From the NCBI GenBank assembly GCA_951406725.2, contig OX597814.1, positions 147,498,001-147,562,000 on the forward strand: DNA of 64,000 nucleotides, read 5' to 3'. This document shows, in pieces, positions 26,982 through 39,022 of the stretch. The notes under the pieces were generated by a model. That model had not been told where the DNA came from. It did not search any database and worked only from the letters and a program-made list of their open reading frames with translations. The translations under genes and the position numbers were made by a program. Origin of the DNA: Octopus vulgaris. Its lineage: Eukaryota. Positions within the stretch are counted from its first letter, which is position 1. Each line of letters opens with the position of its first letter.

Positions 26982-27555
26982 TTAGCACGCCGGAAGAAAT
27001 CCGTAGCGGTATTTCGTCTGCCAGTATGTTCTGAGTTCAAATTCCGCAGAGGTCGACTTTCATTCTTTCAGGGTCGATTAAATAAGTACCATTTACGCAC
27101 TGGGATCGATATAATTGACTTAATCCGTTTGTCTGTCATTGTTTGTTCCCTCTCTGTTTAGTCTCTAATGGGTAGTAAAGAAATAGGTATTTCGTCTGTC
27201 TTCACTTTCTGAGTTCAAATTCCAGTGAGGTCGACTTTGCCTTTCATCATTTCGGGGTCGAAAAATTAAGTACCAGTTACGCACTGGGGTCGATGTAATC
27301 GACTTAATCCGTTTGTCTGTCCCTGTTTGTCTCCTCTGTTTTGCCCCTTGTGGGTAATAAAGTAACAGGTATTTCGTCTGCCACTACGTTCTGAGTTCTA
27401 ATTCCGCCGAGGTCGACTTTGCTTTTCATCCTTTTCGGCGTCGATTAAATAAGTACCAGTTACGCACTGGAGTCGATATAATCAACTTAATCCCTTTGTC
27501 CTTGTTTGTCCCCTCTATATTTTGCCCCCTGTGGGCAATAACTAAATAAATAAAT
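26981..27555 (+). mobile_element. Tandem trimer of SINE family A units
   Basis: Units start with ggtatttcgtctg at 27007, 27186 and 27368 (period ~180 bp); ends in (AAAT)n. Confidence 0.9.
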
Positions 27556-27585
27556 AAATATATAAATACACACATATATTTATAT

Positions 27586-27690
27586 AAAATATTCTATAAT
27601 TATATACATAATAATAATCAGGGGTCAGTACATGGCGAGGTACTTAGAAGACCCCTGATTATAATTATGTATATAATTATAGAATATTTT
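27586..27690. repeat. Fold-back inverted repeat, 41-bp arms, 23-nt loop
   Basis: aaaatattctataattatatacataataataatcaggggtc / gacccctgattataattatgtatataattatagaatatttt. Confidence 0.9.
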
Positions 27691-27786
27691 GTATAATTCA
27701 CCTAAAAATAATTTTTTAACGTACTGACTACTTGGTAAAATTATTAACTATTAATTAATTAATTAATTAATTAATTTTACCCTATA

Positions 27787-27836
<50 letters not shown>

Positions 27837-28734
27837 ATGTATGATTTTTTGTATAAACATGTATGAGTGTGTGTGTGTGTGTCTGTGTGTAGGTAGGTAT
27901 ACATGAACGTATATGTGTGTGCAATGGGAAACTGTAAGTAGCAGTTTTTCTTGATATTTTTCGGATTTTTTGTATATTTAATATATTACTCTACCTCTGG
28001 TTTTCGAGTACTATTTTCCCCACCTTATTACATATGTGTGTGCTTACTCTTATATATGTGCGTATGTGTGCGTGTGAAACAGAAAATATAATCGGTATTT
28101 GTGCTTTATCATGTATACCTGTTAATTACGTGAGCCAAGAGACGTTGTTACGAGACACATTGCAGCTGGCCACTTCGTCAGCACTGTTTTGTGTGTGTGT
28201 GTGTGTGTGTGGGTGGGTGGGTGGTGTTATGTCGCTTCTTGCTGCTTCTGCTGCTGCTGTCATATCATATGAAGGAAAAATACATAATGTTGAATCTTGC
28301 ATTATTTATTTATTTGCCGAATGAATTAAGGAGAGACGATGATGTCATGAACATTTACATTATCACCATCATGAAATTTAACAGGATTTGTACGACTGCG
28401 ACGACGATTATGGTGTTGGCGATAATAATGATGATTGACGATGTTGACGACAACGAAGTTGACGCCGATGATGATCATGACGGTTGTTACTGCCCGCAAA
28501 GCAAAGGTGGCGGAAAAATTTTGTAACGTTATGAAAGTGCTAATGTTCACTTGATATCCATATTTTACGTTCGGTAACGAACTCCGGATGCTGCATCCGC
28601 AAGAAATAAATGAGTGGCCTCCAGGTGTGTCTGACAAAGCTCTGCTCATTTATTTTAGCGTCGATTTTTGTATGGTTGATGCAACTTCTGGCAAAGAATA
28701 CTCACAGTTAATGATAGCATATTGGTACATCTGA

Positions 28735-29790
28735 TATTGGTGGTGGTGGTGGTGGTGGTGGTGGTGAGAATGGTGATGTTGTTGCTGTTGGCGGTGGTGG
28801 TAGTAATAGACGGAATAGCATTAGTAGTGTTTGCGTTGGTGTGGTTATCATGGTGATGTGGATGATTATGATGATTATAGTGATACTGGTGACAGCGTTG
28901 AGATTGTTGCGATGCTATTGACGTTAGTAGTGGTGGCAGAAGCCTTGCCATGGCTGTGATTTTGTAGATGGTATCCATGATTGTAATGATTCTTGCAGTG
29001 GTGGTGGTAGTGGTCGTCGTCGTGGTGTTGTAGGTGATGATGCTGGTGGAGGTGGTAGTGGTCATCGTCGTGGTGTTGTAGGCGATGATGCTGGTGGGGG
29101 TGGTAGTGGTCATCGTCGTGGTGTTGTAGGTGATGATGCTGGTGGAGATGGTGGTGCATTTAGTACTTACGTTGCTGTTATTGATAGGTGCGATTATGAT
29201 GTTGATTTCAAAGGTGATTATGGGGTTGTCGCGGTGGTGGTGGTGGTGGTGGTGGTAATGGTGGTGGTGGTGGTGGTAGTGGTGATGATGATGGTGGTAG
29301 TGTTGGTAGTAGTAGAAATTCTGTTGTTGCGCTGATATTCAGGACGAGAGCAATGCAGTTAGTGGTGGTCGTCGTCGTAATGGGGGTAGTGATGATGGTG
29401 CTGGTGGTGGTGAAGTTGGTGGTCATGGTCAAGATTTTGCTGTAGGTGATACTGAGGAGAGCAATGTTGTTACTGCTGTTGCTGTTGTTGTTACTGCTGT
29501 TGCTGTTGTTGTTGTTGCTGTTGTTGGTAGTTTTGGTAGTGGTGATGGGGGTGATGTTGATGTTTGGGGTGATATTGTGGTGATGTTGATGATATGATGG
29601 TGGTGGTGGTGGTCGCGGTGAGAGTAGAGTATTAGTAGTGTAGCTGGTGGCGGTGGTGGTAGTGGTGGCGATGGTGGTGATGTTGGCGTTGGTGTTGAGG
29701 TGGTGGTCGCGGTAAGGTTAGAACCTTGGTAGCTATATTGACTAGGTTGGTTTATTCTTGATGTTCTTATTGGGAGTGATAGCATAATTG
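28735..29790. repeat. Degenerate (GGT/GTT/GAT)n triplet field containing a 48-bp x3 minisatellite (29003-29146)
   Basis: Unit ggtggtagtggtcRtcgtcgtggtgttgtaggYgatgatgctggtggR starts at 29003, 29051 and 29099. Confidence 0.9.
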
Positions 29791-30902
29791 TTCGTAGTGA
29801 TGCTATTTGCCCTTAATTGAGATATTAATGGAGTTGGTGATATATAAAGTGCTGATTGTGGTGGTGGTGATGGTTATTTTTTTTGTTACTAGTTACAGTC
29901 ATTAGACTACAGCCAAGCTTGGGCACCACCATATAGTTCTTAGTCAATTATAGTGATCCTAGATTAAATGACTTAGTCATATCTTTCAAATTAATTACGT
30001 ATCATTTATGTATGAATTATGTAATGATTATATAGTATAAGACATAACCATGAAATTTTGAAACGGCATTGGGTTGTTTGTTTTCTATTCTTATAATTAT
30101 TCTGTATTGATCTTTCCTTGTAGCCAAGTTTAACTCGGTAATGCCTTTCCTGCTAGGGTGTGGTACTGAAGCAATAATATGGTGGAATTTAAACATATGT
30201 TATAGAACTGAACTTTTAAATTCATTGGTGATCTTTTTTTTTTTTTTTTGATATGATTAAGCATCACTTCCATGTATTAAAATATAAAATATGTGTATTA
30301 GAGCAATGCTTTTCAAATAACACCCTACCGTCTTAAAAATCGGAGAATATGTTATTTAATGAAGTTGTACAAAATGCTAAAAAGTGTTTGAAAGACACAA
30401 CTAGTACACTTTTCATTATAAGTATGCTAAATTAGGGTTAAACTGTGTCTAAACAACAGCAACATTTATAAAACCTCGGAAACTGATATTTTCGCTGAAT
30501 CACTTTCGGATGCCACCCGAAAACTAACTATAACAATACCAACAACATTATCACCGCCAACACCAGGACAGCCACCACCAACATCACTGACTCATAGACT
30601 ACCAGTTTCAGCACCAGCCTAACCTTTGCAACCACTATCAGTGCAGGGTATGTCTATATGGTGATGTTTACTACGCAATAAGTGCTTCTAGGTTTGCCCT
30701 CATTATATGATATATTGGGCAAGTACCGAGAGGTTTTGTTCTTTAACTAAGTGGATTCGGATTCAGTACCACCGTGTGGCAGTTTACGCAAATGCTTCTG
30801 CTACAACGCGAAAAGGACAAAATTATTGAGAGAATATGGCAGCTATGGAACGTCTGCGTCGTATATGTGTGCGTGCGTGTGCGTGAATGTCTGCATATAC
30901 AC

Positions 30903-31123
30903 TTTTACTCTTTTACTTCTTTCATTCATGTGACTGTGGCCATGTTGGAGCAGTGGTTTTAGTCGAGAAAATCGACCCCGGGGCTTATTCTCTGTAAGTC
31001 TAGTACTTATTCTATCAGCCTCTTTTGCCGAACCGCTAAGTTACGAGAACGCAAACACACCACCATCGGTTATCAAGCGATGTTGGGGGAAAAACACAGA
31101 CACACAAACACATGCACACATAC

Positions 31124-31204
<81 letters not shown>

Positions 31205-31608
31205 GAGCTGGCAGAAGCGTTAGCGCGCTGGGCGAAATGCTTAGCAGTATTTCGTCTGTCGTTACGTTCTGAGTTCAAATTCCGCCGAGGTCGACTTTGC
31301 CTTTCATCCTTTCGGGGTTGATAAATTAAGTACCATTTACGCACTGGAGTTGATGTAATCAACTTAATCCCTTTGTTTGTCCTTGTTTGTCCCCTCTATG
31401 TTTAGCCCCTTGTGGGCAGTAAAGAAATATATATACATATATACGACGGGCTTCTTTCCGTTTCCGTCTACCAAATCCACTCACAAGGCTTTGATCGGCC
31501 TGAGGCTATAGTAGAAGACACTTGCCCAAGGTGCCACACAGTGGGACTGAACACGGAACCATGTGGTTCGTAAGCAAGTTGCTTACCACACAGCCACTCC
31601 TACGCCTA
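30903..31608 (-). mobile_element. CORE-like SINE family B, full length, with a nested family A SINE (31201-31428, plus strand) in its central microsatellite
   Basis: Minus-strand head taggcgtaggagtggctgtgtggtaag...ggttccgtgttcagtcccactgtgtggcaccttgggcaagtgtcttc. The tail matches 19386-19570. The nested copy starts ggtgagctggcagaagcgttagc. Confidence 0.92.
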
Positions 31609-31723
31609 TATATATATACATACACACACAGACAAATATATATATACTCACACACATTTTTACATATATATATATATATATATACACACGTATACAAATA
31701 TATATATATACGCACATACATAT

Positions 31724-31762
<39 letters not shown>

Positions 31763-33227
31763 CATACATATGTGTGTGTGCGTGTGTGTGCATAAAAGTG
31801 GCGTGTTTGTGCGCGTGTATGCGCGTATGTTATGTACATATGCTTGACAACAGCTGCTGGTTGCTTATGACCTCGTAACCTACTGGGTCGGCAAAAATAT
31901 CAGCTAGAATAAATACCAGACTTTAAATGAGTACTGTAGTCGATTCGATGCCCTTTGAGGTGATGTTTCAGCTTGGTTGGGAGTCGTCGTAGAGGTCGTG
32001 TTGGTTAGGGAGGCGTTCGTTATAGGAGTCATCGTCATCGACGTCGGGAAGTTGGCGGTGAAGAAGAGGAAATGTTGGCAAGCAGGTATTTTAAAGAAAA
32101 TTGTGAACGATGCACTGATGTGGGAGAAAAAGGAAGCGCTGTGGAGAGAAGAGAAGGCTAAGTAGTAATGGAGAAATGAGGAAATTTATTATTGAGGAAA
32201 GAACATGTGAAAGTATAATGGAAAGGGAAGAGATATATCAGTTAGAGAACTGAGTGTAAGCGAGATAGAAGGTGACAGAGGATGCTTATGCTGTGTTTGC
32301 GGATTGAACAACCGCGCGGATGCTCCAAAGACGGAAATTAGAGAGGAAGGTGGATTCGATAGAAGAGTAAAAAGCAGAATGGAGAGAGGAGACAGGAGAA
32401 ATGTGGAGTGTGAAAGATACAGAGAAGGAAAATTTATCGCAGCGAAGGCGAAAGAAGGAATAGAGAAAGGGTTAGGAAAGAGAAGAGTCTACCCAGTAAA
32501 CACCATAAGTATCATTTCAACGGATGTGCATCGCCTGATACTGACACTGCCGTTGCTAAGACGGATGTAAGTTGTGATGGTGGTAACAGTCATCGATGAT
32601 TCTAATGGTGCTGCTTCCAGGCTGTTGTTTTTGTTGTTTAGCCCCAGGTTTGGGCTGATCAAGTAGATTTATGACGTCACCATTTTGTCTTTTAAATTTC
32701 ATTCTCTTATTCTTTTTGTCTATCACAATATAGTAAACTGATATTATACATTCTATCCTTCATTTCAACATGCATCATTCGATTGAAGACAGCTTTGACT
32801 GCTCTTTCCAGCACATCGGGTGACCAAGTCTGACAGAGATCGTTTCACTGGCTCATGGTTTTACTGATGTTGATGGTGGTGGAGATTATCTAATTGGTAC
32901 TGGTGATAAAAGCCGTTTCACTGGTAATAGTAGTAGTCATGGTGATGTCGATTGTAATAGTGGTGGTGATGGTAGTGCGATTTGTTGTGATCATTGTGGT
33001 TGTGAGGACGTTGATGTTGGTCGTAGTGGTGAGGGAAGTGGTAGTAGTATGGGTAATGGTAATGATAGTGGTATTAGTATTAATAGAGATTATGTAGTAG
33101 AACACAAGCGACTGGTAGTTGTGAGGATAGTATGGCCGTAGAAGTGATTGTCAGTTGTAGCGGGAGTTATTTTCATGGTTATGAGGATAGTGGTCACGTG
33201 AGTGGTGTTATGACCTGTAGAGGGCAT

Positions 33228-33490
33228 GATAGTGGTATTGTTAGTGGTGGTCGTGGTCATGTTAGTGATCTAACGGGTTGTAGTGAAGATGATAGTAGTA
33301 TTGTTAGTGATGGTAGTGGTTATGTTAGTGATGTTACGGCTTTTAGTGGAGATGATAGTGGTATTGGTAATGGTGGTAGTGGTCATGTTAGTGGTATTAC
33401 GGCTTTTAGTGGAGAAGGTAGTGTTAGTGGTAGTAGTGGTAGTGGTGGTAGTTGTCTTGTTATTGGTATTACGGCTTGTAGTGGAGAAGA
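33228..33490. repeat. 63-bp minisatellite, ~4 diverged units, within a G/T-rich triplet field
   Basis: gatagtRgtattg starts at 33228, 33291 and 33354 (period 63); a fourth degenerate unit starts at 33417. Confidence 0.85.
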
Positions 33491-34330
33491 AGAATCATTT
33501 CTATGATAGTCATGCAATAGTAAATAAAGCAAACCTAAACAGCAGTCATAGTGAAAACTACATTTATAGTATACATGACGACTACAAAGTACGATATAAT
33601 CGTATTTCTTTAATACATTTAGTGGTATTTGTTACAATTGTTATCAGTATAAATGGTACATAAAATACATGTCTATAGCAGATACAATTATATGGCTCTC
33701 ATAAAATACAATGCTAATTGTAAATGAATAGCATGTTAGGGATAATTTATTGCGGTAGTGAATAGTAGAATAACAAGGGAATATATATTAGTATAGTTGT
33801 TGTAGATGTTGTTTAACAGTAAGTCAACGCTGTGTGAGGAGACGTGTAATGATTAACATATGAGACGTTTCCATCTCGTCTTTTTTAGAGGCATGTATAA
33901 AACTAGACCATCCAGTTGTCATTTCTTTCATGAAAGCGCACACATGGATTTGAAGGTTATTTGGCTGCTTTTCACAGCAAATCAAGCAAACATATAGAGG
34001 CCACCTTCTTTGTTGTCGGTGAGTCTTGTCTTGCCTAAGATCAATTCCCATCCGGTATCACCGAGGAAAAAATTGTCAAGCATCACGGCACAATCTCTTT
34101 TTCAAACGAGGTCTTTCTAATACTACATTATATAAATGTATCTTCCCAGATTTTAACATAATGGCTTAGGGTCAACGCGAGGGATTATTGTTTGCTATGT
34201 CTAGCGAATCAGGTGACAACATAATGGCTGACACCGATGATTTAATGGCAAACTTATTATGTAAAGCACTGCTAGTTATTGTTCATCATGAGCTGCAGAC
34301 AATGTGTGACAATATCGGTCCTTTCGCCAA

Positions 34331-34882
34331 GGCGGCGAGTTGGCAGAAACGTTAGCACGCCGGGCGAAATGCTTAGCAGTATTTCGTCTGTCTTTACGTT
34401 CTGAGTTCAAATTCGGCCGCGGTAGACTTTGCCTTTCATCCTTTCGAGGTCGATTAAATAAGTACCAGTTACGCACTGAGGTCGATATAATCGACTTAAT
34501 CCGTTTATTTGTCCTTGTTTGTCTCTTCTGTGTTTAGCCCCTTGTGGGTAGTAAAGAAACAGGTATTTCGTCTGCCGCTACGTTCTGAGTCCAAATCTGC
34601 CTTTCATCCTTTCGGGGTTGATAAATTAAGTACCAGTTACACACTGAGGTCGATATAATCGACTTAATCCGTTTATCTGTCCTTGTTTGTCCCTTCTGTG
34701 TTTAGCCCCTTGTGGGTAGTAAAGAAACAGGTATTTCGTCTGTTCAAATTTCGCCGAGGTCGAGTTTGCCTTTCATCCTTTCCGAGTCGATATATTAAAT
34801 ACCAGTTGCATACTGGGATTAATCTAATCCGTTGGCCTCCTCCGCGAGAATTTCGGGCTTTGTGCCTAGAGTAGAAAAGAAT
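34331..34882 (+). mobile_element. SINE family A: full tRNA-like head plus three tandem body units
   Basis: Head ggcggcgagttggcagaaacgttagcacgccgggcgaaatgc; later units restart at ggtatttcgtctg (34562, 34730). Confidence 0.92.
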
Positions 34883-35154
34883 ATTGATCCTTTCATTAAC
34901 CAGAAAAATTTACACGATGGATTTTACACACTTTCCTCATAGTTTCTCTCGAAAGATTCTTCATGATACCACGCAGAAGAATCAGGCGTGCACTTCGTTT
35001 ATGAAAAAGCAATATTCTAAAAGATTTGATCATACCTCGACCATATATGCATGTATGTTTCTGAGCACATTGTTATGTACACACACACTCGTTCATGTTC
35101 TCATACAATCACGCAGAAACGCTAGTATGAGTGTGAACATGTATATATATTGCT

Positions 35155-35477
35155 GAAACTCCCTTCGGTCATGACTAACCATGGGATTGCACCTAGGAAG
35201 GTACCCTCCCAGGCACAAATCCGGGCAAGGTTGTTTTATGGAAGACCAGCAGTCGCCCATGCATACCGGCCTCCCCTCTCCACGCCAGCAGTGTTATCCA
35301 AGGGAAAAGCAAAAGCCGATACAGCTTGGCATCTGTGCCGTACAGCTAAGTGAACTGGAGCAACGTTAAATAAAGTGTCTTGCTCAAGAACGCAACACGC
35401 AGCCCATTCCGGGATTCGAACTCACGACCTCGCAATCGTAAGCTCGATGCTCTAACCACTGAGCCATTCCCCTTCAC
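35155..35477 (-). mobile_element. tRNA-headed SINE family C
   Basis: Minus strand gtgaagggg.atggctcagtggttagagc (A box) ... gagttcgaatccc (B box) ... ttcttgagcaagacactttatt. Partial relatives at 13390-13520 (+), 40545-40700 (+), 47728-47935 (-). Confidence 0.88.
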
Positions 35478-35800
35478 CTATATATGTATATATGTATATA
35501 CATATATGTGGATATATGTATATATTTATATACATATTTAATTTATATACATGCATAAATATATGTATGCGCTCGCGTGTGTATTTGCATCCATGAATTT
35601 GTGTATGTATAATCATTCATAATGTAAATAAAAATAGAAGTACGCACATTCATGAGTGTAGAGGCACATACAGGATTCCATACATGTGTTCATACAATTA
35701 AAGTACATAGCACCTGTATACATATATTCATCCACACATAGATATGGCCTCACAGATATATATGCATAACTCTCTCTCACTCTCTCCGTACACATGCATA

Positions 35801-35837
<37 letters not shown>

Positions 35838-36534
35838 TCATATGAATGTATATGTATGTATATCAATACACACACACACACATGTATATACAAACACATA
35901 TATACATATGAGTGTATCGCATACCTTAATACATACATCCATCCATTCATACATACAAACAAACATACATGCGTACATACATACAAGATGATGTATTAAA
36001 ATATTATCTGTTTGACATGGTGTTGAAACGAAAAGTCAAGTCTTGACTTTTCACATTTTTTTTTTTACCTTCTCTCTTCGGTTTGCTTTCATTTTTCTCA
36101 TTTCTTTCTCCTTCACTTGAGTACCAAACAGTACCATACGGCTTGTCTTAAAAGGTCACTCTCTTGCTGGTTTGCCATTTCATTCAGGAATGAAAATATT
36201 ACTTACTTCCACAAACATTTCACTTCTTTCGTTTATTCAAGGGTTTTTAGTAGGTCTTTATCGGACCCAGTACTCATATCAGCCTGGTACTTATTTTATA
36301 AATATTTATTTATAGAAAGGCTAATGGATATTTTTTTTCACAACAGGAGACAGAACTAGGTACACAAGATTGTAGCGGTATCCAGAGGGGGCAAAAATCA
36401 CACCCACACACGCACACGTACACACTCATATACACGCATACACAGATATGTAGGCAGGTACGTAGATAGATGGATAGATGGATAGATAGATAGACAGAGA
36501 GAGGGGGAGGGATGGAGAAATGGTGATAGATAGA

Positions 36535-36570
<36 letters not shown>

Positions 36571-36587
36571 TAGATAGATAGATAGAT

Positions 36588-36674
<87 letters not shown>

Positions 36675-37893
36675 CAGATAGGTAAGTGTGTTGGTAGATA
36701 ATTAAGTACGTAAGTAGATATACAGGTACGTCGATAGATAGACAGACAAACTGACAGACAAACAAACAGACGACATACATGTGCAAAATTTCCTCTCCAC
36801 AAATTTGACTCAAATGCAAATTGGTTAGTCGAGTCGATTAAATCTATTCCGGTACTTCACTGGTACTTTGTCTTATTGTCCCAAAAGTGATGAACCGGAC
36901 ATTTGTAATCTGTGCCATTTCCACTTTCTGTTCTGAGTTCAAATTCTTTAGAAGTTGATAAAATGAAGTATCGAACACTCGCTCATTGCAAAATTTTTGG
37001 ACTTCTGCTTATTTCAGAAATTTTGTCAGTTATGTTTAAATGAACTTCAGCTCGAAACATCTTTCGGGTTCGGAGAAGATATTCTCTGCTTATTTATCGT
37101 AAGATACAGTAAAATAACCCCTACTCTTAGCTACTCTCATAACCCCCTCTATTGTGGTATCCGAGACTTCCTCGTTTCTCTTCATCTTAACATCCTTGCT
37201 GTCCCCACACTCGTTCAAACATCACCAAGCCACTACAATCAGTCCATGCTCTCTTGATGGCTTTCTACAGTTCACTTCCTACTCATGTCTTTACCAAAAA
37301 TTTTAACCCACAGAAATTCAATAGAAACAATAAAATATCATTCTCTACTGTGTGTAAGCTTTCGCGAAGACCATGCCTACTGCCCCTTCCTCAAAAACCT
37401 AACAAGCTAAAGAAGTGACCGCAGATAGTTAGAAATGCTAAAATTTGTTTTTCATCCTTCAGCAATTGATGTTTTTGAATATACACATTAACAAATTGCC
37501 ATTGTTATCATTGTGCCATCGTTGGAAACCAAAACACAGTATTTTGTTCTAGCTGTTGATATAGTATTCCTTGAGTAAGTTCATGCTCAAAGGCGTGGTA
37601 GTGGTCACCATAAATTTTAGTAAGCGTTTACAAAATTAAATTGTGTTTGGTGTTCATCTTTTTAAGACGCAGAGATGTAACTTGATTTCGCTAATATTTC
37701 TTGCAAGTCGTATGATCTCTTACAGACTATGTAAATCGTTGATTCATTTTCTGCTTCTTTTTCTTGCTATTGGTGAAGTTTTTAGCGTCAGATCAACCTT
37801 CAATGGACTAGCATACGATCAAATAGTTTATAGCCAAATTATCTAATATGGCTTTCCTATCTCTCTGTCTCAGTTCACACACAGACACACACA

Positions 37894-37932
<39 letters not shown>

Positions 37933-38921
37933 TACTTTTTAAGATGGTGTTAGATAGCTAGTTCTCATAGATCGAGTGACTAAGTAGGCGCTGCTTTATC
38001 GATATCATTCCCACGCAATGGCAATAGGGAAGACAGTGAAAAGACTTGTAATGCAGGGAGTAATATAAAAGGTTTCACTATAAATACATATACAAGCAGT
38101 GAAAGGAAAAAAAGTGATTGAGATAGAATTTCTAGACGAGGAAAATATTTGAACAACAAATCTCAATAGTGGAGGCCAGCAAAAGCTGCTTACATGTTTA
38201 TAAATGAGATTTTAGTATAATTTGTATGTCTGTACTGTCCCTTTGTGTTTGAATGGGTTTCTGTTTGAGTGATCAAATAATTAATTGAATTTATCACATG
38301 GAATAAAGACAAAAATTAAAAATCGTTATTAATATTCTAATGTAAGAAATTAATGAGATAATATAACGGTGTCTCACTTCTTTTCATTGGTAAAACATTG
38401 TCAGTGCTGATGTCATAAATAGTGAGTATAATGAGATGTATCAGGCCATGCTGCTAACGTATATATTTTTCAAGGAACATATATACTGATACAAACGTTA
38501 CTTGAAATTTATTCGAGAGTCCGTCTTAATATAAACATCGAAGTAATAGCAGTATAATGTGTTACCTGAACCATCACCCAAAAGGGAAGAACTCGCATTA
38601 GCATAGAAGTATCTTATCAGTCCCGTTAAGTCTAATGCATATTTATGTGTGTGAAAGTGTCTAAGTGGACATCGAAATGTAGCGTGGCCCATAATACGAT
38701 ATCGTCTTATAAATACATGCACGCACACGCACACACACACACACACACATACACACACACACATGAACATATATATATATATATATGCATGTATATATGT
38801 AATCACAATTTTATATATGTGTGTATATATGCATACATATAAATGTATGATTGTGTACACATACTTGTATGTATATAGGTGTGTGTGTATGAAAATATGT
38901 ATATACGTATATCTATCTATT

Positions 38922-39022
<101 letters not shown>

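Noticed and set aside
35395-35477. tRNA gene
   Set aside because: Has A and B boxes but no acceptor stem and continues into a SINE body; it is a SINE head.
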